A stretch of 64,000 bases of DNA from Octopus bimaculoides (taxonomy: Eukaryota): positions 32,277,380 through 32,341,379 of the forward strand of contig NC_068989.1 in the NCBI RefSeq assembly GCF_001194135.2, written 5' to 3'. Shown piece after piece: positions 41,415 through 53,948 of the stretch (position 1 is its first letter; every line of letters starts with the position of its first letter). The position numbers and the translations under genes were made by a program. The notes below the pieces were generated by a model. The model did no database searches. It was not told the origin of the DNA and saw only the letters and a list, made by a program, of their open reading frames with translations.

Positions 41415-42087
41415 GTAAGAGTGTTTTTTAGTTTCTGCCATTCACAGTGATAAATTGTTTAGTCTTTAAGAACTTACAACACAGCTGGACTTAATACCAT
41501 TTTGGTTATCACCCAACGATACTGTTAACTTGAATGATCTCCCTCAGTATACTTAATTCCTCTAATAATCTAAAACAGTGGATGTCAGGAATGGATAGAG
41601 GCAGGAGACTGAATACCTTGCAACTATTAGCCACATCCATGGAATTTGCACTGTGTAGTTTGTCTTTACTACAGTTTACTTCTCCGACCCTGCTAATTTC
41701 TCATGTCCCACTCTACGATATTGTGCATGACCTGACATCTCTGTTGCCATTAATCATACTCATTACTGGAAAAACATCTATTTTTCTTATCTGAATAATA
41801 TACAATGATTTTTATCTTTCAGCCTCTTTGCCTTGGTCTTTCACAGAAGTTTTTTTGTTAGTACTTCTTTTTTGCCTCTGTGTTCCATTGTCTACTAACA
41901 AGCAACAATTTAAATGAAACAGTTATATTAACTTCTCCCAGTTACCCCTATATCCTAACATACAGGACTTAATAAGTCACAGTCCTTACAAAGTTTAGGC
42001 TACATTTATTAGCTTAGATGTGTTAGAAATTTCCATCTATGTAATTTGATTTTATGTTTTTAATACTTTAAATAAAATATTTTTCAG

Positions 42088-42219
42088 GCTCAGTATCAGC
42101 ACCATAAAGAATTAATGGCTGCTCAAGGTGTCAAAATTATGGCCAAGGATTTAGAAAAGGCTCTTGCAGGGTTGCCTTTGTATGTTGCAAAAGATCAAGA
42201 TGAAATTGACTATTATAAG
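42088..42219 (+). CDS. EIF5B: eIF5B exon (AQYQHHKELMAAQGVKI...DEIDYYK)
   Basis: tttcag/gtaaag borders, 132 nt. Confidence 0.96.
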
Positions 42220-42244
42220 GTAAAGTAATTATTATATTTCTTCT

Positions 42245-43669
42245 TAGAGGAGAAGTTTCAGGTGTGGAAGCAAGGTCTAGAATTGAAGGGCCTTAGAGTC
42301 AACCTAGCTAAAACCAAAATCCTAATAAGTAGGAAGGTAGATAAAACACAAACCCCTTCAGGTAGATGGCCCTGCTCAGTATGTAGAAAAGGAGTAGGTA
42401 GTAACTCTATAAGATGTACCCGGTGCAAGCTATGGACACATAAGAGGTGCAGCAACATCAAAGGCAGGTTAACTAGCAAGTTAGTTTTTGTTTGTGGCAG
42501 ATGTTCAGGTGCAATAAAGACTGCAAACAAACAGGAAACAACTTCTATCTCATTCCAGGGTGAAAAACTAGAGGTAGTCGATAGCTTCCGCTATCNNNNN
42601 NNNNNNNNNNNNNNNNNNNNNNNNNNNNNNNNNNNNNNNNNNNNNNNNNNNNNNNNNNNNNNNNNNNNNNNNNNNNNNNNNNNNNNNNNNNNNNNNNNNN
42701 NNNNNNNNNNNNNNNNNNNNNNNNNNNNNNNNNNNNNNNNNNNNNNNNNNNNNNNNNNNNNNNNNNNNNNNNNNNNNNNNNNNNNNNNNNNNNNNNNNNN
42801 NNNNNNNNNNNNNNNNNNNNNNNNNNNNNNNNNNNNNNNNNNNNNNNNNNNNNNNNNNNNNNNNNNNNNNNNNNNNNNNNNNNNNNNNNNNNNNNNNNNN
42901 NNNNNNNNNNNNNNNNNNNNNNNNNNNNNNNNNNNNNNNNNNNNNNNNNNNNNNNNNNNNNNNNNNNNNNNNNNNNNNNNNNNNNNNNNNNNNNNNNNNN
43001 NNNNNNNNNNNNNNNNNNNNNNNNNNNNNNNNNNNNNNNNNNNNNNNNNNNNNNNNNNNNNNNNNNNNNNNNNNNNNNNNNNNNNNNNNNNNNNNNNNNN
43101 NNNNNNNNNNNNNNNNNNNNNNNNNNNNNNNNNNNNNNNNNNNNNNNNNNNNNNNNNNNNNNNNNNNNNNNNNNNNNNNNNNNNNNNNNNNNNNNNNNNN
43201 NNNNNNNNNNNNNNNNNNNNNNNNNNNNNNNNNNNNNNNNNNNNNNNNNNNNNNNNNNNNNNNNNNNNNNNNNNNNNNNNNNNNNNNNNNNNNNNNNNNN
43301 NNNNNNNNNNNNNNNNNNNNNNNNNNNNNNNNNNNNNNNNNNNNNNNNNNNNNNGAGCGTGGCCGTTGCCAGTACCGCCTGACTGGCTCCTGTAGGATTT
43401 TCGAGCGAGATCGTTGCCAGTGCCCCTGGACTGGCTTGTGCGGGTGGCACATAAAAGACACCATTTCGAGCGTGGCCGTTTTCGTGCGGGCGACACGTAA
43501 AAGCACCCACTACACTCTCTGAGTGGTTGGCGTTAGGAAGGGCATCCAGCTGTAGAAACTCTGCCAAATCAGACTGGAGCCTGGTGTTGCCATCCGGTTT
43601 CACCAGTCCTCAGTCAAATCGTCCAACCCATGCTAGCATGGAAAGCGGACGTTAAACGATGATGATGAT
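42245..43669 (+). mobile_element. RTE LINE, 5'-truncated, young (N gap inside)
   Basis: WKQGLELKGLRVNLAKTK...CSVCRKGVGSNSIRCTRCKLWTHKRC...EKLEVVDSFRY. CpG-rich 3'UTR ending ggacgttaaacgatgatgatg. Confidence 0.93.
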
Positions 43670-44146
43670 TATTGCTATTGCAATTACTTACAACAGGCTA
43701 TTCAATATTTTGTTTAAATGTTGTAAGTTTCTATTCCTGATTACTTTCTAATTATATATATGATTAAAAGTAAATACCCAGCTTTACACAGTGTTCATAA
43801 ATTATAAAGGTACATAAAATATGTGAATTATCTTGAGTTTCCTTATGATGATAGATGAATGTGTGTAATGTCTGAAACAAAATATTAAAACTGATTCTAA
43901 TTCAGTTAAAGTTTTTGTATTTTGTTTCAGACATTGATATATATTGAAAACATTTTAAAGCAAAATATTTAAAATTGTTTTATATTGTGACAATATTCAA
44001 CTGGAGCAATTTTGAGAAACATTTTGATCATAAATTTACTTACAAACAGAATGAAAAGACTAGTATATACTTTGTTGTTGCAGTCATGAATAACATTTGC
44101 ATTTGTTAAAACAATTTTAATTAAATGTTTCCTTATTACTTTCTAG

Positions 44147-44278
44147 TCAGAAGTATCTAATGCTTTAAAAGAAGTGCTTAGTGGAATAAAACTTCAAGAA
44201 CGGGGTGTCTTTGTACAAGCTTCAACTCTTGGTTCTATGGAAGCATTATTGGAATTTTTAAGGACTTCTAAAATCCCT
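44147..44278 (+). CDS. EIF5B: eIF5B exon, domain III (SEVSNALKEVLSGIKLQERGVFVQASTLGSMEALLEFLRTSKIP)
   Basis: ttctag/gtaagt borders, 132 nt. Confidence 0.96.
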
Positions 44279-44590
44279 GTAAGTATTTTTATGTCATTGA
44301 TTGAGAAAAATTTTACTCTCTTGATTAATTTCTTACTGAAATTTAAAATTTGCTTAGTAAATGTTGTGTATGTGCAAGGTAAACAAGGATTACATACCTA
44401 AAATTTTTATGTAATCTACCTTATGAGCAACTGTACTCATCCAACATGTTAAAGGGTGAAACATTTTAATGACACTTAGTGTCTATTGTCACATGATTTA
44501 TGACAAAGATGGCAAATCTTTTAGATTAGAAGGATGCATTGAAGTTAGCCACCATCTGGCAAAACTCAATTTCATATATACATATATATA

Positions 44591-44965
44591 GGCACTGGCA
44601 TGGCTGTATGGTAAGAAACTTGCATCCCAACTACATGGCTCCAGGTTCAATCCCACTATGTGGCACCTTGGGCAAGTATGTTCAAGTATAGCCTCAAGCC
44701 AACCAGTGCATTGTGAGTGGATTTGGTAGATAAAAATTGAAAGAAACCCATCATGTGTATGTGTCTTTGTGTCTGTGTTTGTTCCCCATCACTCTTTGAC
44801 AACCAGTGTTGGTGTTTTTATGTCCCAGTAACTTGGATAGAATTCCTGATAGAATAAGTACTGGGTTTAAAAAAAAAAACTCCTGGCATCAATTTGTTTG
44901 ACTAAAACCCTTCAAGGTGGTTCCCCAGCATGGCTGCAGTCAAATAACTAAAACAAGTAAAAGAT
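44591..44965 (+). mobile_element. tRNA-derived SINE, diverged copy
   Basis: A/B boxes and tail ccagcatggctgcagtcaaataactaaaacaagtaaaag. Confidence 0.85.
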
Positions 44966-45248
44966 ATTAACATATTTTATAAAGTATAATTATTCATAAA
45001 AAGAGGTAGGATTTCAGAATAACAATCTTCATTAAACAAATAATTACAAGTGTTGGTTTAAAAAAGAAGTGTTTCTAAAATTCATAATCAGTTGAAAAGA
45101 TTGGCTTTGAATTTTTATATTAAATCAGTGATGGTGAGAAGTTTTCCAACCACATGGTTTTGGGTTCAGTCCCACTGTATGGCACAGAATCATTTGATAC
45201 AAAACTGGAAAACAAAATGTTAAGAGTGAATGTGAAAAATTTTAATAA

Positions 45249-45650
45249 GGCGCAGGAGTGGCTGTGTGGTAAGTAGCTTGCTTACCAACCACATGGTTCT
45301 GGGTTCAGTCCCACTGTGTGACACCTTGGGCAAGTGTCTTCTACTATAGCCTCGGGCCGACCAAAGCCTTGTGAGTGGATTTGGTAGACGGAAACTGAAA
45401 GAAACCCGTCGTATATATATATATGTATATATATATGTGTGTGTGTATGTGTTTGTCCCCCCCAACTTTGCTTGACAACCGATGCTGGTGTGTTTACGTC
45501 CCCGTAACTTAGCGGTTCGGCAAAAAGAGACCAATAGAATAAGTACTAGGCTTACAAAGAATAAGTCCTGGGGTCGATTTGCTCAACTAAAAAGGCGGTG
45601 CTCCAGCATGGCCGCAGTCAAATGACTGAAACGAGTAAAAAAGAGAGAGT
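45249..45650 (+). mobile_element. tRNA-derived SINE, near full length
   Basis: Same family as 13799-14186. Confidence 0.9.
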
Positions 45651-46284
45651 ATAACCCAAAACACACATTTTCTTCTAATAGTTTATCAATCTTGACTTCA
45701 TGTTTAATTGCTTGACAATATTATTATTGTCTTTTGAAGTAGATCTTTCTGAATTGCTGCAAATGTCTTATGAAAAGAAATAGCATTTAAAACACACAAA
45801 AATCGACATCTCTGTTTTCCCTGCTTCGCCTTTTTCATATTTATTACCATGTGATTATTTTTATATAAGATAGATTGCCACTACTTCCACCAGAATTTAT
45901 TTTACTATTTAATTCCAGATTAAATGTAAAACTGTAGTATTAGGTTTTTTGTTTTAATTATCTTTATAAATAGTTGTGAGTAGGTCATTTTTAAAAATTG
46001 CTTATATACATGCATGTTTAACTCCACAATGGTTTGTGTATTAATTAACTTTTATTTAGGGATAGTGTTACACCAATTAGCTATGATTATGCACACTTTT
46101 GTGAGATGTTTAAACTCAAAAACAGCCAGGGAGATAACTTAAATGAGGTTGACCAATCTTTAGAAAACAAGGAAATACTGATGAGAGTAGACCTTGTCTT
46201 TGGAGCCATCTAGTGAAAAAAATGAACACATTTGTCTTTTTTGACTCCCTCAACAAAATATATTCTCCTCAGTTAATGAGACTG

Positions 46285-46735
46285 AGGAATGATCTCTCAT
46301 CATCATTGTTTAATGTCTGTTTTCCGTGCTGGGATAGGTTGGATGGTTTTGACATGGAGCTGGCCAGACTCCAATTGTCTACTGTGGCATGGTTTCTACA
46401 GCTAGATGGCCTTCCTAACACCAACCACTTAAAAGAGTGTGCTAGGTGCTTTTTAACATGCCACCAGCACAGGTGAGTTTATGTGGCACCAACACTGAAT
46501 GGGCAAGCCTGCATGTGTGAAAGAAAGTGATTTTACTTAGCTTGATGCATCTTATCAAGTACAACAAATTGCCACATCTCTCCTTTGTCATTTCCTCAGT
46601 GAGGCTCAACATCCAAAGGTCCTTTCTCACCACTTCTCCCCACATCTTCCTGGGTTTACCCCTTCTACAGGTACTCTCCACAATTAGAGCTCGGGTCTTC
46701 TTTATGCAGCTGTCCTTATCCATACGCATCACATT
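46285..46735 (-). mobile_element. Diverged RTE 3' end
   Basis: Antisense tail catcattgtttaatgtctgttttccgtgctggg. ORF end MDKDSCIKK...CRRGKPRKMWGEVVRKDL. Confidence 0.8.
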
Positions 46736-47529
46736 TAAAGAAATAAGAGGGAAACTAGTGATGCTAATTATGAATGTCAATATGGCTGAGAGATAATGTT
46801 TCAGTGAATTCATGATGATGATCATCATCATCATTATTATTTTACGTTCATTTTCCATACTAAATTTGATATGATTGATCGTCATGGCCCAAATCGATTC
46901 TCATTCAAAGTTACTGCTTTCCTAGATGAGTCAGTAGACTACTTCTTGCTTCGCATGTTCCATTTGAGGCATAGCTTCTATAGTTAGATGTGCTTCCTAA
47001 CATGAGCCACTTAACAGAATGAACAGGGTACATTTTATTGTTGCACCAGCACTAGAGAAATCACCTTGTCCTCAGCAACATTGAATCTTGTTTTGTTTCA
47101 AAGCACTTAGGGTAAATGAAAGTTTGCAAGGATCCAGAGACTAAAAGAAAAGAAAGTATGAGTTATGGTGGAATAGTGATGGGTGTGAGAATGTGGTAGG
47201 ATGAATGGAAGAGAGACAGTGATAACTATGGTGAAGAGATTGAATAGAAAAACAGCATGGGAAATGAAAGTGAAGTGTAACATAGGGGAGAAAGAATGAT
47301 AGCAGTAAAAAAAGGGTGGTGATTGTGAGTACTTCATATGCTCAGATTTGATGCCATCCTTCATTATACATGCAGTATGGTACAATGAATAGCAGAGAGG
47401 ATCATTAACAAATAAAAGAATAACAGATGGGGTACAGTACATGGAAACTTAACAGGGATATAGTGAGAAAGAAACCTAATGTAAATGTATTGTGCATCTC
47501 AGTTCCATCACCTGCTATTTTAACAACTA

Positions 47530-49957
47530 CAGGCATACTTCACTCTATGTCGTTAATTGGTTCCAGGAAACCTGACTCAAGTCAAATTAACTTGTCTCTA
47601 GGCTAGGCCGAATTTACTTGTCTCTAGTAAAAAAAAAAAAAAAGAAGTAATCTAAATTTACAAATACAATTTGGCAGTGTTTACTGTACATTGTGGACGC
47701 TTTATTTATGAACGCTGTCTGCAGTAAGACATGGTAAAATAAAAGCCTTTTTTAAGCTTAAAAAACAAATTCAGTAATTATTATTATTTTGCAATAGTAA
47801 AAAAAAAACTAAATTATTTTAAATTTACCAATATGTAGATACAATTTGGGTTCACATCGCAGATGTAGATGGCTGTGGATCCTCAACAGCTGACTCCGGC
47901 TGTTCTTGTTGTTCGATGCACTTAAAAGACCGGTTGAGAGTTCCTTGAACTGTCTCCTTTTCCTCAAGGGTTACTTTATAAGAAGCAAAAAGCTTTGTGA
48001 CAAGCCCCCATAATCTTGGAAAAGCATTGAGCATTTGGATCCATATCCTCAAACATAGAAAGACCTTTTTCGACATATGCAAATGCTTGCTGCATTTTCT
48101 TAATGGTAAAGTAACATGACTCTGGTTCAACTTTCTCTTCTTTATTTTGCTGCTCGTGGAGCTCTATCAAATCCTCGTTTGTCAGGGGCTGCTTGTCTCT
48201 TTCCAATAAATCTGTGAAATCCTCCTCCAAATCCATTTTCAGTTCTTTGCTCGTAGTCACCAACGTTTTGTTGATGGCAACATTATCAAACCACTTAAAA
48301 TCATTTACGAATTATGGGCATAGCTTCTTCCATACACCATTTATAGCTGTGCTCTGTACATCATTCCATGCTGCTGCGATGTTCTGCACAGCCTTGTAGA
48401 TATTGTATCTCTTCCAAAAGTCACAGAATGTGATGGACTCATCAAAGTTAGTTGCAGCTATGGATTGCTGCAGCATACGCTTCATATAGTAACACTTGAA
48501 GATAGCAATTATTCCCTGATCCATTGGCTGTAGAAGAGATGTGGTGTTCGGAGAGAGGTATATGACGGTAGCGTTGGGGTCAAAATCTACGATGTTTTGC
48601 GGGTAGCCAGGAGCATCTAAGATAAGTAAAATCTTAAAAGGAAATCCCTTCTCCTTACAGTACTTCTCTGCTGCTGAGGTAAAATGATTGAAGAAGCAAT
48701 CTTCAAAAGCAACAGTAACCCATGCTTTTGAATTACCCATCCATATAACAGGGAGAGATGCCTTGGGTATGTTTGTTTTTCAGGGCACAGGGGTTGTGTG
48801 CTTGATACACAAGTAATGGCTTTCACTTAAAATCTCATGCACAATTACCTCTCAACAGAATGGTCACATGTTCTTTTGAGACCTTGTAGTCTAGAATAGT
48901 TTTCTCCTCCTTGGAAATGAATGAACAGTCTGGCAATTTTTTCCAATACAATCCAGGTTCGTCTTCGTTAAAAATCTGTTTGGGAAGAAACCTGTTTTCT
49001 TCGATGATTTTCTTTAATGCATTAGGAAATTCCACTGCTGCTTGTTCATCAGCTGATGCACTTTCACCTTGCTTCTTAATGGAGTGATAACTTCTTCGCT
49101 CCTTAAATCTCATGAATCATCCTTGACTTGCCTTGAACTCTACATCTTTCTCATCTGGATATTTTCTCTTGAGGTCCTCAAAGAATGCTTTCTCTTGAAT
49201 AATTTCTTGACGCTGACGATTCAACCTAACAATCCAAAGAGAAAGAAAACTTTCCATTTCTTCAAAGATTTACCACTTTTTCTATTGATGACAGTGTTAT
49301 TCACCCCTGTTCTTCAGATTTGATATGTGCTAAAATCTTGTCCTTATTATGTACAATTGTCAATACAGTTGTCTGACTCATCCCAAAAGATTGTGCAATT
49401 GCTACCACTTTTTCACAGCGTTTTATGACAGCCAGTTTACCTTCCTGCATTATAGCATGATGCTTAGCACTTTCATTATGAATTTTCTTAGGAGCTATAG
49501 GGGCAAAAAATAAAGTCACAAACGAATGAGAATGAGAAAGTAGTCAATAAACAGAGGTAAACAAATCTGAATTCAAAACAATCGCATGAATCATGAGTGA
49601 CAACGATGTCCAAGGGTAGATATTGGAACTATAGTGTAATATGAGCTCTGAAAAACTGATAAATAAGACAACACAGCTGATTTCATGATTTAGTTCACTA
49701 AACTACACTACTTTATGGTGTGTGTCTTAACATTTACTGTACATATTTTAATATGATTTTATATGCTTTTATTCTTATTTATTGTACAGTAACATGATTT
49801 TATGTGCTTTTAAAGGTTTTTACTAGTGATTTTACGATTCCAATATTTGTGGTGGACAGACGTAAAGTCGAGTAAAATGACTTGATGTTTATTTTTCCAT
49901 ATATTATTTTTGGAAACCAATGTATAATCAAGAATGACTTAAGCTGAGATATGCCTA
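47530..49957 (-). mobile_element. pogo/Tigger DNA transposon, full length 2.4 kb, transposase frameshifted
   Basis: TA|caggcatacttc ... gagatatgccta|TA termini. CENP-B-type HTH (KLAVIKRCEK...IAQSFGMSQTTV). DDE_1 motifs FNEDEPGLYWK, KILLILDAPG and NTTSLLQPMDQGII. Confidence 0.9.
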
Positions 49958-49989
49958 TAATTTACAATGTTTGCATCAATGGATGTCAT

Positions 49990-51720
49990 CTCCAGCAATG
50001 TATGTTATCACTCATCATGGTTATTTGTCATCTCTTTCACGAGTTTATCATTTTGGGATTACTCTTCATCACTTTGTCCACTGTCTTCTTAGATCTTCCT
50101 CTCTACTGGATCCATCCATTTCAAGTACTTTGTTTCTTATTCTTCAACTGACATCCTCTATCCACTTTCCTGTGTCAGTGCAGTCTTCTCTCTTGCACAT
50201 TACATCTGATTCCTCTTATATCCAGCCTTTTTCTATTAATTTGTGTCATTATTCATGTACATTAATATACATATCAAGTGGAGTGTGCACAGTTCATTTC
50301 ATTCTAGTTTTCGCAAATCTTCCAAATTGAAGATTTACACCATACTGTGCAATCTCACACTACATATACAAGCATCATACCATCTGCTCTGCTTTCTGAA
50401 GGAGAAACCTTTTTTACCAGGAAAAGTAATAGCTCTGAAACTTTTCTACCATATTCACTCACCACTTTCATTGCTAGTTAGATTAGTTAGTAAGAGAATC
50501 TATTGGCTACTTCTGAACATTGGAGTGATTATATTTCATGTGTACTCTTACCACTGACTACATTTGTGCATTTTTCACATGTGAAGCCTATCTTCTCTGT
50601 CAGTCTACTTCTTAACCCACTATTCCTCATGCCCATGCAAGGTACGTACACTAAGTACCTTGTATGGCATTTCTATCTACACTTTTTCTACATGTCAAGC
50701 ATAACCATTTCTCTGGTGGTAGCAGGGTCCTGTCTTCTTTTCTACTTATGAAAATTTTTGACATAGCTAGGTTTACTTTTAGGCTTTCTGATTTAAGTTT
50801 TACTAAATTCATCACAATACTCATTGCTGATTCTCAGCTTGCTGAACTCACTTATGTACATTGATTCTACAGTATAACTGCTAGATTAGAAGTTTACTCT
50901 TGCTGTGGTCTCACTACAAAGATGGTAACATCTAGGGCTAATTCTGATCCCAATCAAGTGTGCTGTAACTTTCCATAACTATCATAACTTGGTCCATTAG
51001 TTTGGTGCCTCTGTAACACTTGTCCTTCTGGCAGTCATTGGCTATAAACATCTTTCTCTATTATTTGATTGGCTCTGTGGATTAAATATCTCAGCAGCTA
51101 TCCCTGATGGCCCAGCTGCCTTACCTGTCTTCATATCCTTAAATGTCCTCACTAATGCCTTACTGTCAACTTGACTGGCTGGTACCTGTGTTGCATCTAC
51201 ATTATATAGACACTATCTCCCATACATTCTCCTTATTCAACAACTTCTACTAACAACATTTCCTTGTTTCTTTCTTTTTGTTATCAGTAAATACAAACAT
51301 GCTGTTATCATTCTATGTGCACTTTTTCCCTAGCACATCTCTATTTCTTATAATACTCTGGCTTGCAATTCAGAACACCTCTGTCTCAGATTTTCACATT
51401 GCAGAACCTGTATGTATCTTCTACTTTTTGCTTCTCCTTTGAAAGTATGCTGATTTCTTGCTTCTCTTCTAGCTATTTGATATTGTTCCCTGCTGCTTCC
51501 TTGTTTCAATCTTTCAAGCTCTATCTACTGTTATATTTCATCCTATCAACTACAACTTCTTTGAACATGAAACTGATCAAGAGATCTTTCAGTTGCTGTA
51601 TCTTCCTTCAGATTGCTTTGTCTTTGGGTTTGTTGAGTGGCATATCTTTCACCCTGGAAACACTTAATGCTCACAACCATTTATCTATCCCACTTTCTGA
51701 TAAAAAAATAAAGTATATTT
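49990..51720 (-). mobile_element. Old, diverged RTE LINE fragment
   Basis: Antisense translation FKDMKTGKAAGPSGIAAEI, plus degenerate C-terminal and 3' segments. Boundaries approximate. Confidence 0.6.
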
Positions 51721-52336
51721 AGCATGTGTTGGCTCAGTCAGTAGGTGATTAGGTTACTGGCTAGTTTCCTGAAGTTAGTGTTGCAAATGATTAGATAATT
51801 TGTGCAGAAGTAAAAGTTGCCATTATGTTGTCTATCGTTGACTTCTTAATTATTCCATCACACTTGCTGTCTATCTCAGTTACCTCATCTGTCTGTTTTT
51901 CCATCTACTTCACCCACCACTACCCAGCTAGAGAATTTTATACCTCTGTTCTTTGCCTTAGAGGTGCTTAGGCTGCCTTCCATCTTGTCTGTTGTACACT
52001 CCTTGATTTCATTCTAACATCTCCATAATTGTTATTGGTTTGTCTTTGTGCCAGCGTTGTTGGTGGTAGTTGAAAGTTTTGATCAGCAGATAAATTTATT
52101 TTCTATATCCTAAATACACATACATTAGAGTGACTTGAAAAATTTTAATTGCAATTGGAGACAAATATGCCCTATGAAGAACAAGCAAAAGAAGTAAGTC
52201 CAGTCAGATTGACCTGTCAAAATTTTTGCAAAATAAGGACCGTGTTCTTTCTCTCTCTCTCTATTATGTTTGTACTGATTTCATTAGACATAGGCCTAGT
52301 TAAGTCAATTTTATAAAGCTATAATTATGAAAAGTA

Positions 52337-53779
52337 AACTGAACCACTAAAGAAACGTCACACACATAATAAATGGAAACCAGTTTATTAACAGACTGCC
52401 ATAGCATTGATTGAAGAGTACTAATTAAGAAACTGTTCTTTCCTAATGATAAAACGTCATTTCATGAAACATGTTTGACATCACATGGTGTCACATGATG
52501 ACAGGGTATCCTGGATTCAAACAGATGAACTCAATATCTTATGTGACCACTGTTAGCATTGATTACTGGCAGGCATCTTCTGTAGACTGAATGCACCAAA
52601 CAATTGATGAAGGCCATGGAGATAGCAGCCCACACTCTGTTAAAACTTGCAGTGAGTTGTGCCGCAGTTGTCAGCCTTGGACAAATGTCATTTAACCTTC
52701 TTTGGATTTTGTCCCACAGGTACTCTATGGGGTTCAAGACCGGATTGAGGGCAGGCCATGGCAGTGTCTGGATGTTGTGCTGTTGAAGGAAGTCTGTTGT
52801 CAACCTGGCAGTATGAGCACAGGCATTGTCGTGTTGGAACATGTGATTCTGATGACGGGTATGACACAATGTGAGGCCTCAACACTTAGTCGATGTAGCA
52901 GGCAGCGGTTACTCCATTGCTCCGGCCTTTGCCGATATTTTGTAAGACCACCAGTCCAAGTTTCTGGTTGAGTGCAATTTCACCCCATACCATGATGCTT
53001 TGTCCTCCCCACAAGTCTCTCTTCACCACACAGCCATTAGCATGATGTTCACCCCTTCTCCAACAGAAATGCAATATTGACTTTCGTCAGAGAAGACTAC
53101 AGTCCTCCACTGCTGACATCATCGTCAATGACAATCTGTGAGAATGGGGTGCATAGCCGTTGACAATACAGATTGAAAGATTTCAGCCGGTGGCAAACTG
53201 TCTCTGCACAAATGGATCTGTGGTGAGTCCCTATGGTCTACCTAGCTGATTTTGTTGCTCTCTGGAATCAGTCCTGAAAGTGCTGTCAGTGCATGTGGCA
53301 ATCTTGACATGCTGTTGTAACCCTTGGTCGGCCACTGCACGGATGATCATCTGTGCTGTTTGTGGCATTGTATCGGTCCCTCAGCCACTCAATTGTCCGA
53401 ATATTGCACTTCAAGTCATTGGCAATGACCCAGCATGGAGATGTCCAATGGTTTACTTCCTCTGATTTTGTGTCAGTCTTGGCAGGCTTGCTGTGTTCAG
53501 GAAACAAATGACAGGCTGGTAAATTTGGGTGCCTTTTATACCCAATGAGTCAGCATTTTGCATGTGCATCACGCTTTTCATAAAGATGCGTTCACAAAAA
53601 GTGAGCAAGTTTGAACCCTACATACAGTCCTTGTGTTTTCAAAAGAGTGTAGTGTTGTGGGTCAGTGACATCTTCCTGATGTCAAATTACTTAGAAATGT
53701 GATAAACTCCATATAATCTCAATATCGTGTACGAGACAAATAATCTTTTACAGTGTGACGTTTCTTTTGTAGTTCAGTA
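52337..53779 (-). mobile_element. Tc1-type (DD34E) transposon, full length 1.44 kb, degenerate
   Basis: TIRs aactgaaccactaaagaaacgtcacac / gtgtgacgtttcttttgtagttcagt. Motifs VVFSDES, FQHDNACAH and WPALNPVLNPIEYLW. Confidence 0.9.
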
Positions 53780-53871
53780 TATAAGTATATTGTGTGTATT
53801 ATTATTAATATTGCTATAATAAGCTTCTCTAATATTTATGTTTCATCAAAATCTATCATATCCTCTTTTAG

Positions 53872-53948
53872 TATGCTGGTATAAACATTGGGCCGATCCA
53901 CAAAAAAGATATAATGAAAGCATCTGTCATGTTGGAGCATGATGATCA
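53872..53948 (+). CDS. EIF5B: eIF5B exon (YAGINIGPIHKKDIMKASVMLEHDDQ)
   Basis: ttttag/gtaagt borders, 77 nt, phase 0-2. Confidence 0.96.

Noticed and set aside
44147-44150. Alternative acceptor tagtcAG
   Set aside because: It would shift the frame by 4 nt. The upstream tag keeps the frame.
32989-44278. Three eIF5B exons of exactly 132 nt as an exon duplication
   Set aside because: Their sequences are unrelated and match consecutive parts of eIF5B. The equal length is coincidental.
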